Assembly: GCA_951406725.2 (NCBI GenBank)
Contig: OX597815.1
Location: 10,354,001 to 10,418,000, forward strand
Source: Octopus vulgaris
Lineage: Eukaryota
Reading direction: 5' to 3'
DNA: 64,000 bases
In this document: piece after piece, positions 24,197 through 37,404 of the stretch
Position numbering within the stretch: the first letter of the stretch is position 1
Layout: the number at the start of each line of letters is the position of its first letter
The notes under the pieces: generated by a model
The model's input: only the letters and a program-made list of their open reading frames with translations
What the model was told of the DNA's origin: nothing
Databases searched by the model: none
Program-made: the position numbers and the translations under genes

Positions 24197-24245
24197 CTGC
24201 ATACACAAATTCCTACATACATATATATACACATACATACAGAAA

Positions 24246-24306
<61 letters not shown>

Positions 24307-25107
24307 CATACATATATGTGCATATACATACACACGGACACACACATACACAAACACGCACAAGCATATAGACACACATATATCTATACATAACTGATGA
24401 AGGAAACATAAGAGATTTAGCAGTAGTCTTTATTCAATAGTCTTTATTCAGTAGTCTTTATTCAGTACGACGATCGTTTCGATTCATCTTCCAACTGTTC
24501 GTTATGGGTAGTATCTTGTGCATCTAGTTGTGTTGCATCAATCTGTGCAGTTTGTGTCACATCAGGTACATGCATAAAGAAGGGGATGTCCAGGTAGGTA
24601 TACTGAATGTTTATGTACATGTATACACATACACACACACACACACAAACACAGATATATATATATATACATACCTGTTTTAACACATAACAATGAGTTC
24701 GACTCACGGCTATGGATTGCACTTGCTGACACTATGACTTGTAACTTCAAGTTAGAAGGCTCTATGCCACGAATTAACCCTCTGGCAGCTCACATTTCGG
24801 AGCTCTGCACATCACCATATCGGCAGCTTATAAAATACCAGACTGATATTTCATATCCAGAACACTGGGATTATTTGCGAACTACCCACTGTACAAACCC
24901 GTTCTTCTTCCAGTTTACTTGTTGCAACATCAATAGTAACTAAATCCCCTCCTTTTCAGATATCTACGTAGCTTACTTTCTGATGGTTGCTCGCTGGATT
25001 CTAAAGCTTCCCTTATAATTTCAGAAAAAGTGATTTCCAGATAAACATCTCAGCTTTCTTACCAAGTTTTCTTGTCTACCAGGCTGTTTGTGGTTTCATC
25101 TTTGTAT

Positions 25108-25517
25108 ACTCTTTTACTCTTTTACTTGTTTCAGTCATTTGACTGCGGCCATGCTGGAGCACCGCCTTTAATCGAGCAACTCGACCTCGGGACTTATTCT
25201 TTTGTAAGCCCAGGACTTATTCTATCGGTCTCTTTTGCCGAACCGCTAAGTAACGGGGACATAAACACACCAGCATCGGTTGTCAAGCAATGCTAGGGGA
25301 ACAGACACAGACACACAAACACACACACGCACACATATATATATACATATATACGACGGGCTTCTTTTCAGTTTCCGTCTACCAAATCCACTCACAAGGC
25401 TTTGGTCGGCCCGAGGCTATAGTAGCAGACACTTGCCCAAGGTGCCACGCAGTGGGACTGAACCCGGAACCATGTGGTTGGTAAACAAGCTACTTACCAC
25501 ACAGCCACTCCTGCGCC
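25108..25517 (-). mobile_element. tRNA-derived SINE-A, full length
   Basis: Head GGCGCAGGAGTGGCTGTGTGGTAA, B-box-like GGTTCAGTCC, CORE-like CCTTGGGCAAGTG, internal microsatellite and (GTAAAAGA)n tail. Confidence 0.9.
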
Positions 25518-25645
25518 TATATGGATATGAAACATGGATTGCATGCAGATTGTTGTAAAATCTCTCGTAAAGAAACATCTCACCTGGCCCCTTTTCTGCT
25601 TCATCCGTGTGTAAATTGTGGTCACCTCTCTCCCACACTGTCTCT

Positions 25646-25649
<4 letters not shown>

Positions 25650-25739
<90 letters not shown>

Positions 25740-25950
25740 GCACACATACACACACACATACACACACATACACACACACAGACACACATACACACACATA
25801 CACACACACAGACACACGCACACACACACACACAGACACACGCACACACACACACACACACACGCACACACACACACACACACGCACGCACACACACACA
25901 CACACACACATACGCACACACACACATACACACACATACACACGCACACA
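25650..25950. repeat. (CA)n microsatellite
   Basis: Directly visible. Confidence 0.95.
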
Positions 25951-28083
25951 TGTATATACCCATATAGATAGATGTGTGTGCATATTGCATATGTGTCCAT
26001 GAGTGTATGCTATCTTTTCTTAATTATTTGAATTCTTTCTATAAAAATGTCTTCGCTTTCTGACAATGTGAGAAAGCTGTGCCGTAATTGACCACTTTTC
26101 CCTTTTAAAATGCCACCTTTTTGAGAATCCTACTTAGAAACTTACACACCAGAGTGTATGCATGAATACAAATATAAATCTATAACCTAAGTAGAGCAAT
26201 TGCTGATTTCGAGGCAACTGCTCATAAATATTCTCTTTTTCACTGATTTTGAAAGTAAAGTCCAGAGCAGCTGTCCTCTATGAACGCACATAATTTTTCT
26301 TTTCTGCAGCAAGCAGCTACGTTTAAATTGGTTGGACGTTTTGATGAGAATGTTCCATTAGTATTCCTTGTTCTGAAATATTTGTATACAATGAAGAGCA
26401 GAAATATTTTCTGCATTGCTCCCAGAGAAATATTTCCTTTGAATAGCATCATATATTGTTTTAGTATTACCGTATGGACGCATTGGACGGAATTACTTTG
26501 ATGACATTTCGGAACATGTGCTGATGGCAGGCACAAATTTCTTTCAAAGAAATATGACGTAATTGACATTTCCTGTCGAGTCCTGGAGGGTTTAAATGCG
26601 CCATTGTATCTTTATATCGTCAAGTATTTTGAAACTATCTCATGGTCTCAGATAGCGAATATATAAGCTCCAAAATGTGATAGGGCGATCACGATACCAA
26701 GAAATGCTACACTGTATGTCGATATTAGTATCATCCTCAAGTTTACGAAAACATATTCATGTATAACTTTACTTGGAGTTTCTTATCTGGACCTTTGTTG
26801 AGCTGAGATAGTTCTTGGATCATATGGAAGATCTTCTGGAAGTAAATACTTCTTATGGAGTTCACTTTTGACCTGCAAGATGCTCATATCACTTTTTAGT
26901 CTTGGTAAATGTATATGCATTTCTACCAAGTTTCAAGTATTTGCGCATTGGAGACATGATTGTGGTAGTTATGGGAATAGCGAAGTGTGCAGCAGCTGAA
27001 GAACCTGCTCAAGAGAACAGATAACCCTGTTTAGAAATAGCGATACCTGTTCCAATATGAAAATATCTTGATAGATGTCGGAATAAAAACCGCTCGTTTA
27101 TCCGCAAGTAAATAAAAGCTTGAGGAAAATTATAAAGACATACATATTGCAAATAATATGGCGGCTAGTTCACCATGTCCAGTTTATTCCCCATTTCTAT
27201 GTTAAGAAACAACAACAAAACACAACAAATTGATATTTAGATCCTGAAATGTTAAAATGATGTTGGACGAAACAAAATTCTGGAAGAGTCAAACGAAGAA
27301 CTGCAATGATTTACAGAGAGTTGACGCAATATGATACAGACATTTCTGATTTCCGTACTAAGAAGTTATTTTTATATACACTTATTTTAAAATCTTTTGT
27401 TTGCTTAAAAAACATCCTTTGCGAAAGATAGCGATTTTTATTATATGGGTCATTCCAGTGAAATTCATCAAGGGTCCGTCGCGAATATTTTTATATTTCC
27501 TTCAAATTTACACAAGTTTTTAGTATCCGTGAAAGGAGTAATTTCTGAAAATTTGATCCCATACTTGCTACCAGTCAGATTTTACGGCCATTTAAAATTT
27601 TAGGCAGTTTTACGAAATTTTCGAAATACTGAATTTCTTTTATTTTTAGGGGTCCATCATTCCAAATAGCTTTGATACCATATCTTGAAAAATATGTTTC
27701 TTTAATCCTCACTAGCTCAAATCTCTTAGACACTAAAGATCAGTTCTTTTAAATCACCCAATGTAGAAAAAATGACAACCGAAAATTGCAAAAAATCATG
27801 TCTTGGGATTTATATTAAAAAAAAATATTTAATTTAAAATAATGCAGATATTACTTAATAAGAATAGTTGGTGAGCATTCCATCTTCTCTAATATTACAG
27901 TAAGATCTGAAATCTTAGAAGATATATATTCGGTATTTTTTTCCAATTTTTGAACCAAAATAACATCTTATCTCATGCTCTTAGTTCTTTATATAAAACA
28001 ATATATGTATCCTGAAGATACACTTGATGCTGAACATAGAAATGTAAAAATACAGCATTTAAAACTACTCTAAATATCAAATT

Positions 28084-28650
28084 GCCAGGGGAGGCTGGCA
28101 ACGGCCACGATCGGTCGGTGCTTTTTACGTGCCACAGGCACGGAAGCCAGTCAAGGCGGCGCTGGCATGGACACGTTCGGATGGTGCTTTTTACGGGTAT
28201 CTCTACTACAGTTTCCATTTGATTTTTATTTTGATGTTGATGTACTTGACTCAATAGGTCTCCTCAAGCACTGCGATCCAAGGTAAGCACAGCAGGTCCT
28301 CCTACGATCCAAGGTACTTTGGACGGGCTGGGGCTGTTATGTGAAGCTGGTTCATGGAAACAGCCATGAACTGACGTGATTTGTCGGGTCTTTGCAGTCA
28401 CAGCATATCTCTAGCGGTCTCCGTCTTTCGTCATTACCTCTGTGAGGCCCAACGTTCGAAGGTCATGATTGACCACCTCATCCCATGTTTTCCTGCGTCT
28501 ACCTCTACCCCGGATTCCTTCAACTGTTTGGGAGTGGCACTTCTTCACACATCTCTCCTCATCCATCCGTAGTGCATGACCATACCAGCGCAAACGTCTC
28601 TCTTGCACGCCACATTCGATGCTTCTTATGGCCAGCATTTCTCTCATTCT
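28084..28650 (-). mobile_element. RTE-clade LINE 3' remnant
   Basis: ORF 28411-28647 RRLRWYGHALRMDEERCVKKC...GRGRRRKTWDEVV..DLR.LGL; downstream UTR with repeated GGTGCTTTTTACG. Confidence 0.85.
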
Positions 28651-28654
28651 GTCT

Positions 28655-28693
<39 letters not shown>

Positions 28694-29348
28694 GTATCAG
28701 AATTTAATACGAAAGTAAAAATTTGTGGGATAGCCTACATATATAATGACACACATCACATTTTATTTCTAAGACAATATTTTTACAAACAAATTCCGAT
28801 ATGCCCGCATTTCTGGAAAATTTCATTAAAAATATCTACCGTTCTGAAAGTTATGAGAAAAGAAAGTTTTTGGGGCACCCATGTATAAATATGCTGTAGG
28901 TAAACGCCGACCAGTTACTGTGTATCATTGCGCATGCGTTACCGGAAGTAATAACAAACGGATCTCTTTACATTATAATCATAGACATATACATACATAC
29001 ATGTATATATGTATATATGTATATATGTATATATACGTATATATATATATATATATATGTTTGAATATATATATATACTTATAGACAACTTCATGCACAT
29101 AGATGTGTGGTTGTATGTATATATATACTTATGTATGTATAAGTGTTGATATTTTATAAAGCATCCTTCAGTTTTATCAGTTACGTAGGAGGTATTCGTA
29201 AAATCGATGCTTTGGTAAACAAAACCTGTCTTTCCAGAAGATTACATTACATTTTGATCAACACCAATGAATTAACTGCTGACTTATTAACAGTTACAAA
29301 TACAACTCATAACTGCATACCTATACTCTATGGCACACACAGACATAG

Positions 29349-29425
<77 letters not shown>

Positions 29426-29553
29426 CATCTGTGTGTTTGTGTGTGTGTGTATAAATATATATATATACTTGGAAATATATACGCGCATATATATATATAT
29501 ATATATAACACCTACTTGTTTCACGTGCTCGCGTTGTGTTTTCATGTTTGGAT

Positions 29554-29636
<83 letters not shown>

Positions 29637-29924
29637 GGAGGGGGAGAAATAGATAACTAGATCAATAGATAAGGAAGAGAGAGAGAGAGAAAGTGGGATA
29701 GAGAGAGAGTGGGAGAGAGAGAGGGGAGAGATAGAGAGATGTTTATGTAGGTGTGTTTTTATGTATATATATGCATATCGATATACATATACTTATGTAG
29801 ATGTATATATGTATGTAAATATATACTACATGTGGAATATACACACACGTATATATATATATTCGTATAAAAGTATACAAATAAATGCACACATATTCAA
29901 TCTCTCTCTCCCCTCCATACACTC

Positions 29925-30186
29925 GCGCACTCACACGCACACACACACACACATATTCACACACACACACACTCACACACACACATATTCACACACACAC
30001 ACACTCACACACACATATTCACACACACTCGCACACTCACACACACTCACACACTCACACACACACTCACATATTTACACACACACACTCACACACACAC
30101 ACACACACACACATATTCACACACACACACACACACACACATTCACACACACGCACGCCAACACACTTAAGGACATACACACACAC
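29925..30186. repeat. Degenerate (CA)n microsatellite
   Basis: Directly visible. Confidence 0.9.
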
Positions 30187-30489
30187 TGTTGATCTAGTTG
30201 TTGCTGTTGTTGTTATTGTTGTTGCTATTGATATTTTCATGGTTTTCATTACTTCTGTCGATGCCGTTGAGTCTATTGTTTTTGTTTTCCTTTTGTTATT
30301 TTGTCTATTGTTATTGTTTTTTGTGACTGTTTAATTGATTTGTTATTGCTGCTGCTGCTGCTGTTGTTGTTGTTGGTGGTGGTATTGTTGTTGTTGTTGT
30401 TGTTGCTGTAATCGTAGCTGCTAGTTCCGACGATGTGTGTTTTCAATGTTCCTTGTTTCCTCTTCCGCCCACGCTTATCGGAACAATTG

Positions 30490-30930
30490 AGTGAGAGAAG
30501 AACTGAGAAGAGGGGTGGGAGAGAAGGAGAAAAAGGAGAGCGGGAGAGAAGGAGAAAAACGAGAGAGAGAAGGGGGTAAAAGAGGGGAGAGAGAGAGAAG
30601 GAGACAAAGGAGAATGGGAGAGAGTAGGAGAAAAAGGAGAGGGGCAGAGAAGGAGAAAAGAGAGAGAGAGAGAGGAGAAAAGGAGAGCGGGAGCGAAGGA
30701 GAAAAAGGAGAGAGAGAGAGAAGGAGAAAAGGGAGAGAGGGAGAGAGAAGGAGAAAAAGGAGAGCGGGAGTGAAGGAGAAAAAGGGGGGAGAGAGAGAAG
30801 GAGAAAAGGAGAGCGGGAGAGGAGAAAAGGAGACATAGAGAAGGGGGAAAAGGGGAGAGAGAGAGAAAAGGAGACAAAGGAGAGCGGGAGAGAGAAGGAG
30901 AAAAAGGAGCTAGGAAGAGATTGTGAGAAA
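30490..30930. repeat. Polypurine GA-rich minisatellite
   Basis: Recurring GGAGAGCGGGAG..AAGGAGAAAAA unit; explains the S/P/F/L-rich ORFs. Confidence 0.85.
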
Positions 30931-31236
30931 GAGAATGGAGTAAGATGGAAGTCGAAGAAGGCATAAGGAGAGAAGGAGGTTAAGAAGAAAAGGGAGCATG
31001 GAAAAGTGATGAAAGTCAAAGTGGCGGGGGGACGTTTGAAGGACAAATACAGAAAGTGAGCAGTGTGGATGGAAAGTGATGAGTTTTATGAAGAAGGTGC
31101 CAGGAGGAAGGAAAAAGGGGGATTATAATGACGACGATGACAACGATGCTGCTGCTGTTGCTGCTGCTACTACTGCTGCTGCTGTTGTTTCTGCTGCTGT
31201 TGCTGCTACTGTTGCTGTTGCTGTTGAGCTTAGCGG

Positions 31237-31590
31237 TCTTCGTCCCAGAGTGGGAGAAGTCCGAAACGTGGTCCTTTGCTATTCGTAAGACCCGCAGAAG
31301 AGGAAGCAGGTCACCCCCCTCCCCGACACCGAGAGCATCGACGGATGGATGAATGCGCATCCAGGCTCAACGGTTGCGTAGGAAGTCGGGGACAAGAAAC
31401 AGGAAGAAAGAGTGAGAGAAAGTTGCAGCGAAAGAGTACAACAGGGGCCGCCACCACCCCCTGCCGTTGCCTCGTGGAACTTTAGGTGTTTTTGCTCAAT
31501 AAACACACACAACGCCCGGTCTGGGAATCGAAACCACGAACCTCCGACCGCGAGTCCGCTGCCCTAACCACTGGGCCATTGTGCCTCCAC
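31237..31590 (-). mobile_element. SINE-B head with an alternative 3' module
   Basis: 31395-31590 matches 11872-12070; 31237-31395 is unrelated to the tails of the other copies. Confidence 0.8.
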
Positions 31591-31629
31591 TTCTGCTGCT
31601 GCTGATTATGATAACGACGATGGTTATGA

Positions 31630-31848
31630 TAATAATAAACCTTTCTATTATAGGGACAAGGCCTGAAACTTTGGCGGACGGGGTTAGCCGAATTACATCG
31701 ATCCCGTGTGCTCAACTGGTACTTATTCTATCGATCTCGAAAGGACGAAAGGCAAAGTCAACCTCAGCGGAATATGAAATTCAGAAAGTAAGGACGGACG
31801 AAAGCATTTCGTCCGGCGCGCTAATGATTCTGCTAGCTCGCCGCCTTA
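31630..31848 (-). mobile_element. Decayed SINE-C (older tail type)
   Basis: AAGGCAAAGTCAACCTC core, GCTCGCCGCCTT head and CTTTCTA..AGG.ACAAGGCCTGAAA tail. Confidence 0.8.
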
Positions 31849-32138
<290 letters not shown>

Positions 32139-33770
32139 CCGTTGGCCTCCCGTACTCGAAGTTTCAGGGAAAGCTTTCTCTCGGTGAGATTGGATACCCT
32201 ACTCGTCATCTCGTTCCAGTCTTTCCCCCCATTTAAAGGTCTGGATCAAACTAGACCTCGAGTAATTTAACAGGTTCGTCCATCCAGCGCCCCACGATGT
32301 TATTGGGTGGCATAGATCTACCTCTCCAGGTGCTAAGCGGTAAGCCCACTGACATTTTTTGTTTGATATTTGCCCTTGTCACTATCTCATATTCCTTTAG
32401 AGTAGCGCCGATCAAGTCTATGTGCCTGATATCCGACACTATGACGGTGACGTCATCTGCATATGCCAACACGGTTCCTTCATGCCCTACGGGATACTCT
32501 CAACGTCTCCAGTTTCCACTGGAGTGGCTCTAGAGTCAGTACATACGGAAGAAGTGAGAGGGGGAAACCTTGATGCTGAGTAGTTCTGATAAGTGACCAT
32601 TCACTTGAAACACCGAGAAGATATTGCTGTATATTGCGGTAATCCAGCCGCGCAGAACGAGTCCGAAACCAACTACCGTGAGAATAGCCGCCAAGTATTG
32701 GTGATCAACCGTATCAAAGGCTGTTGATTGATCTAAATTGATCAGAGTACTACCCATGCCAGACTCATTATCCAACCTCTCTGAGGTACCACATGAAATG
32801 AAGACTGTCGTGGATATATCTGTTTAGGATTTCGCATGTTTGTGCATCGCCTATCAGGCCCTCGATGACAAGGGCCAACCCCTTTGCTTGGCTGAAATTT
32901 TAAATTCTGGGTTTAGCAGACTTATTGGACGGGAATTACTAATGTGATCCCCCTTATTTGGGTCCTTTCTGAGCAGTGACACCACTCCTCAACTCGCAAA
33001 CTGGGAATCCTCCTGTTGTGCTACAAGTTGCGGGAGATATCTGCCAAGAGGTCTCCAAACAAGTCCAGCATATAAAATTAAAGCACGCTGGGTAGACCAT
33101 CCAAACCAGGCGATTTGCCCTTCATGCAGCCAACCATCACTTCCTCTAATTCTGCAGCTGTTATTGGCTTTTCACAACTCTTCACTTCTTTTGCAGAGAA
33201 TCGTGGCGGTTCGTCAAGGTAGGCAGTGAAATCCATCCTACGTTCCAGCCAGCCATTTGACTCTTCGTGCTATGCATTGAATCTCACCGCAAGCACATCG
33301 GTTGCGATACCTTTCTTAAGAATTTCTTCAAAGTTTATGGCTAAGTCTCTTTCTACTCTATTTTTCTCAATGACTATGACCACACTAAACTTAATGGATT
33401 CTACTCTAATTGTCCTTTTCAGGGCGAACTGCAATTTGTTGTTGACGATTGACTGCGCTAAACTAATTCGCAAATCCGGACTCTGTAAATTTGGAAGCCG
33501 GGAGTGACGCATTCAGCTTCCGGTAATCGGGTCCCTGCCTATGAAGCTCACCTAGGTCGAATGTACAGATCACAAATTTGTGGTCTGTGTGGCCGACGAT
33601 TTTTAAAAGTGGACGACTTTTGCTATACCCTTCTACTGACCAACAGAATACTCTACATACGACCTAGATGTCCCGACGTGTTTTGTCCATGTCCACACTG
33701 GCACATTCGGGAAATCCAGTTTGTTCCTCTCAGACCACTGAAAACATCTGAGCAGGTCTGCTTTCTCATT
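32139..33770 (-). pseudogene. L1/Tx1-clade LINE ORF2 remnant (end of endonuclease plus reverse transcriptase)
   Basis: Minus-strand motifs in order: TDHKFV, GPDYRKLNA, KGKSPGLDGLP, LINLDQSTAFDTVDHQYL, LAYADDVTVIV; many frameshifts. Confidence 0.88.
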
Positions 33771-34139
33771 TATTGCTCTCGTATTTTATTTCAGAGCTTT
33801 TTATTATATTCTCAATATCTACAAACGACATTCTTAAGTGGGTTTTCCTTTCTTACTATTAGCTTTCAGTTTAAATAATGCAACGTCTTTCATCTTCGTC
33901 TCACGACAATTCACGCCTTTATCTCTTGGATATATTTAATACATATAACCCACTGCATTGATGTTACAGAGTCACTTGCGTGCTGTTTCAGATTTATGTC
34001 TCCTTTTCAGTTAATTCTGCAATGGTATAGGAAGAGAGGTATTTGTACCACCTTTACCTGATGTGTGTATTTTCATTTTCTAAGAATTTTGAAGTATAGG
34101 TTTAGAGTTTTGTTGGAAACAGGATATTTCTATTATATA

Positions 34140-34473
34140 GAAGACCCCCTTCGGTCAGGCACTGACCATGGGTTTGCACCTAGAGAGATACCCTCTGAGG
34201 CACAAGTCTGGGCAAGGTTGTTTTATGGAAGACCAGCAGTCGCCCATGCATACCGGCCTCCCCTCTCCACGTCACCGATGTTGTCCAAGGGAAAGGCAAG
34301 GGCCGATACAGCTTGGCACCTGTGACGTCGCAACTCATTTCTACAGCTGAGTGAACTGGAGCAACGTGAAATAAAGTGCCTTGCTCAAGAACACAACACG
34401 CAGCCCCGTCCGGGATTCGAGCTCACAACCTCACGATCGTAAGCTTGACGCTCTAACCACTGAGCCATGCGCC
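34140..34473 (-). mobile_element. tRNA-derived SINE-D with CORE-like region, full length
   Basis: A-box TGGCTCAGTGG, B-box-like GCTCGAATCC, TTGTGTTCTTGAGCAAGGCACTT; 13-bp TSD TTTCTATTATATA at 34127-34139 and 34474-34486. Confidence 0.88.
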
Positions 34474-34695
34474 TTTCTATTATATATAACACGTATATTA
34501 TAATATATAACTACACATATAACATATGATACAACCCCACCCTCACATACACAAAGATTATTTTGGTCAATTCTGAGTTTCACCTGTAGGCATTCAGGAT
34601 CTTCAGGTAAGTTGATGGTCGCAAATTGACTGAAGATCCTACATGTAAAACTCAGCGTGCCAAAAATCTGACTTAACCAAAATAAAATATCATTA

Positions 34696-34914
34696 CTCTT
34701 TTCTTCTCTTGGTACAAGGCCCGGAATTTTGGAGGAGGGTAGGGCCAGTCGATTAGATCGACCCCAGTACGCAACTCGTACTTAATTTATCGACACTGAA
34801 AGGATGAAAGGCAAAGCCGACCTCGGCGGAATTTGAACTCAGAACATAAAGACAGACGAAATACTGCTAAGCATTTCGCCCGGCGTGCTAACGTTTCTGC
34901 CCGCTCGCCACCTT
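34696..34914 (-). mobile_element. SINE-C monomer
   Basis: Head and core intact; TSD AATAAAATATCATTA. Confidence 0.88.
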
Positions 34915-34981
34915 AATAAAATATCATTAATCTCAGTCATATTATTGAGTACTCTTTTTCGATAGTTAATGATATATTTAT

Positions 34982-35033
<52 letters not shown>

Positions 35034-35243
35034 CTATATTTGGAAGGACTCATATTAAATTCTGTTGGACTTTTGGACTTTACTCATAGGATATTGGAAT
35101 CTTACATATATACCATTATGCCTATAAAATGGATTTACAACTTCAATACCCATACATATCTTGCATCTATTTTCTTTCCTCCACCTCACTCTATATTTTC
35201 TATCACATCTAAACTAACTATGGCTTAACTTTCCTCTCACACC

Positions 35244-35295
35244 GTCTCCGATGAAGGGATATTATCAATAAATATCCAAGAAACAGCTGTGAGAC
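35244..35295 (+). ncRNA. Minimal type I hammerhead ribozyme-like motif (mutated) at the end of a Penelope-like tail
   Basis: GTCT CCGATGA AG GGATATT-ATCAATA-AATATCC AA GAAA CAGCTG TG AGAC: stem I GTCT/AGAC, stem II and a palindromic stem III, with U4C and H17G changes. Confidence 0.65.
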
Positions 35296-35784
35296 CTTCT
35301 ATCTACAAATGCTCTAATATCTATACAGCGTTGGACACCACCAACGAGCGAAAAACACGTAAGCACACGAGAGAAAAGCACAGGATAAAATACCAAAAAA
35401 ATACACAGTAAGAACAGTACATCAACAACGATTGAAAAACTCGTAAACATACAACAAGAGACAAGTACGGGACAAAATACCAAAAGAAATCTTACTCCTC
35501 CTCAGTTGTCGACTGTTTATTACTATCTGTTTCGAGATTTCAACGACAAGATAAGGAAAAGCTTTATGAGACAGTAGTATCAAGAAATCTTTAAAATATA
35601 AAATTTGTGGAGAGTTAGGGCTTCAAACGAACAAACAGCAACAAAGTGGACGTACTGAGTAAACAATTGACATATGTGTGTGTGTGTGTGTATATGTCCC
35701 CCCCCCCGGTTGACGATAGGTGTTAGTGCGTTTACGTTTGTGCGGGTCTCATAATACAAAATATAGAAATAAAAGAAATTAAAA

Positions 35785-35797
35785 GGCGGTACATATT

Positions 35798-35830
<33 letters not shown>

Positions 35831-35882
35831 GACCCCCTATGCAAGGATGACATGCAAATTCGCGAAGCGTTCCATATTTTTT
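35785..35882 (+). pseudogene. U6: U6 snRNA pseudogene, 5'-truncated
   Basis: ACATATTCTAAAATTGGAACGATACAGAGAAGATTAGCATG...CAAGGATGACATGCAAATTCGCGAAGCGTTCCATATTTTTT. ACAGAGA box and AGC triad are intact, the first ~11 nt are missing and the ISL is mutated. Confidence 0.93.
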
Positions 35883-35885
35883 ATA

Positions 35886-36320
35886 GGCGTAGGAGTGGGT
35901 GTGTTGTAAGTAACTTGCTTACGAACCACGTGGTTCCGGGTTCAGTCCCACTGCGTGGCACCTTGGGCAAGTGTCTTCTACTATAGCCTCGGGCCGACCA
36001 AAGCCTTGCGAGTGGATTTGGTAGACGGAAACTAAAAGAAGCCCGTCGTATATATGTATAAATGCATGTGTGTGTGTGTATGTATGTGTGTGTTTGTGTG
36101 TCTGTGTTTGTCCCCCTACCATCGCTTGACAACCGATGGCGGTGTGTTTACGTCACCGTAACTTAGCGGTTCGGCAAAAGTGATCAATAGAATAAGTACT
36201 AGGCTTACATAGAATAAGTCTAGGCTTACATAGAATAAGTCTTGGGGTCGATTTGCTCGACTAAAGGCGGTGCTCCAGCATGGCCACAGTCAAATGACTG
36301 AAACAAGTAAAAGAGTAAAA
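35886..36320 (+). mobile_element. SINE-A, full length
   Basis: Matches the 25108 and 60591 copies; internal duplication of TAGGCTTACATAGAATAAGT. Confidence 0.9.
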
Positions 36321-36585
36321 GGGGCGGGGGAAGTATTTGTATAATTATATAATGGAATTGAACAAGGTAAAGTAAATAGGGATTATTGTTTAAGTCTTGA
36401 TAAAAGGCAGATGAAGATGGAAAAAACCCCTCAATCTTGTGGGGGATACGGTTATACCCTTGGCCTTCAGAAGTTTTCCGAGGCCGGTGAGGTCGATGTA
36501 GATTGATCTTTATAATGTCGATTTTACGCGATAGTAGATATATTCATACAAATGGTTTTTATACTTATTCACTTTCTGCTATCGC

Positions 36586-36586
<1 letters not shown>

Positions 36587-36671
<85 letters not shown>

Positions 36672-36753
36672 CATTATTATTATTATTGTTATTATTATTA
36701 TCATCATCATCATCATCATCATCATCACCACCACCACCACCACCACCACCATT

Positions 36754-36794
<41 letters not shown>

Positions 36795-36813
36795 TATCAT
36801 CATCATCATTATC

Positions 36814-36881
<68 letters not shown>

Positions 36882-36948
36882 CATTATCATCATCATTATT
36901 ATTATTATCATCATCATCATCATCATCATCACCAAAACAACCACCACC

Positions 36949-37002
<54 letters not shown>

Positions 37003-37101
37003 GTTATCATTATTATTATTATTATTATTATTATCATCATCATTATTATTATTATCATCATCATCATCATCATCATCACCACCAAAACAACCACCACCAC
37101 C

Positions 37102-37152
<51 letters not shown>

Positions 37153-37156
37153 GTTA

Positions 37157-37187
<31 letters not shown>

Positions 37188-37296
37188 CATTATCATCATC
37201 ATTATTATTATTATTATCATCATCATCATCATCATCACCACCAAAACAACCACCACCACCACCACCACCACCACCACCACCACCACCACCACCACC

Positions 37297-37330
<34 letters not shown>

Positions 37331-37345
37331 TCATTATTATTATTA

Positions 37346-37397
<52 letters not shown>

Positions 37398-37404
37398 CGT
37401 TATA
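36587..37404. repeat. Compound (TAT)n(CAT)n(CAC)n tract with higher-order periodicity
   Basis: Marker CCAAAACAA recurs near 36932, 37082 and 37241. Confidence 0.92.

Noticed and set aside
24394-24410. CTGATGAAGGAAAC as a hammerhead (also CTGACTA...AAAACG at ~686-706)
   Set aside because: No stem II or stem I; too degenerate to support.
24460-27300. Possible LTR-retrotransposon and piggyBac remnants (24460-25100, 26080-27300)
   Set aside because: Only vague motif resemblance, which cannot be supported without a search.
30273-31046. 257-aa S/P/F/L-rich ORF
   Set aside because: Antisense translation of a GA-rich minisatellite.
35785-35882. Functional U6 gene
   Set aside because: The 5' stem-loop is missing, the ISL is mutated and there is no recognisable upstream promoter.
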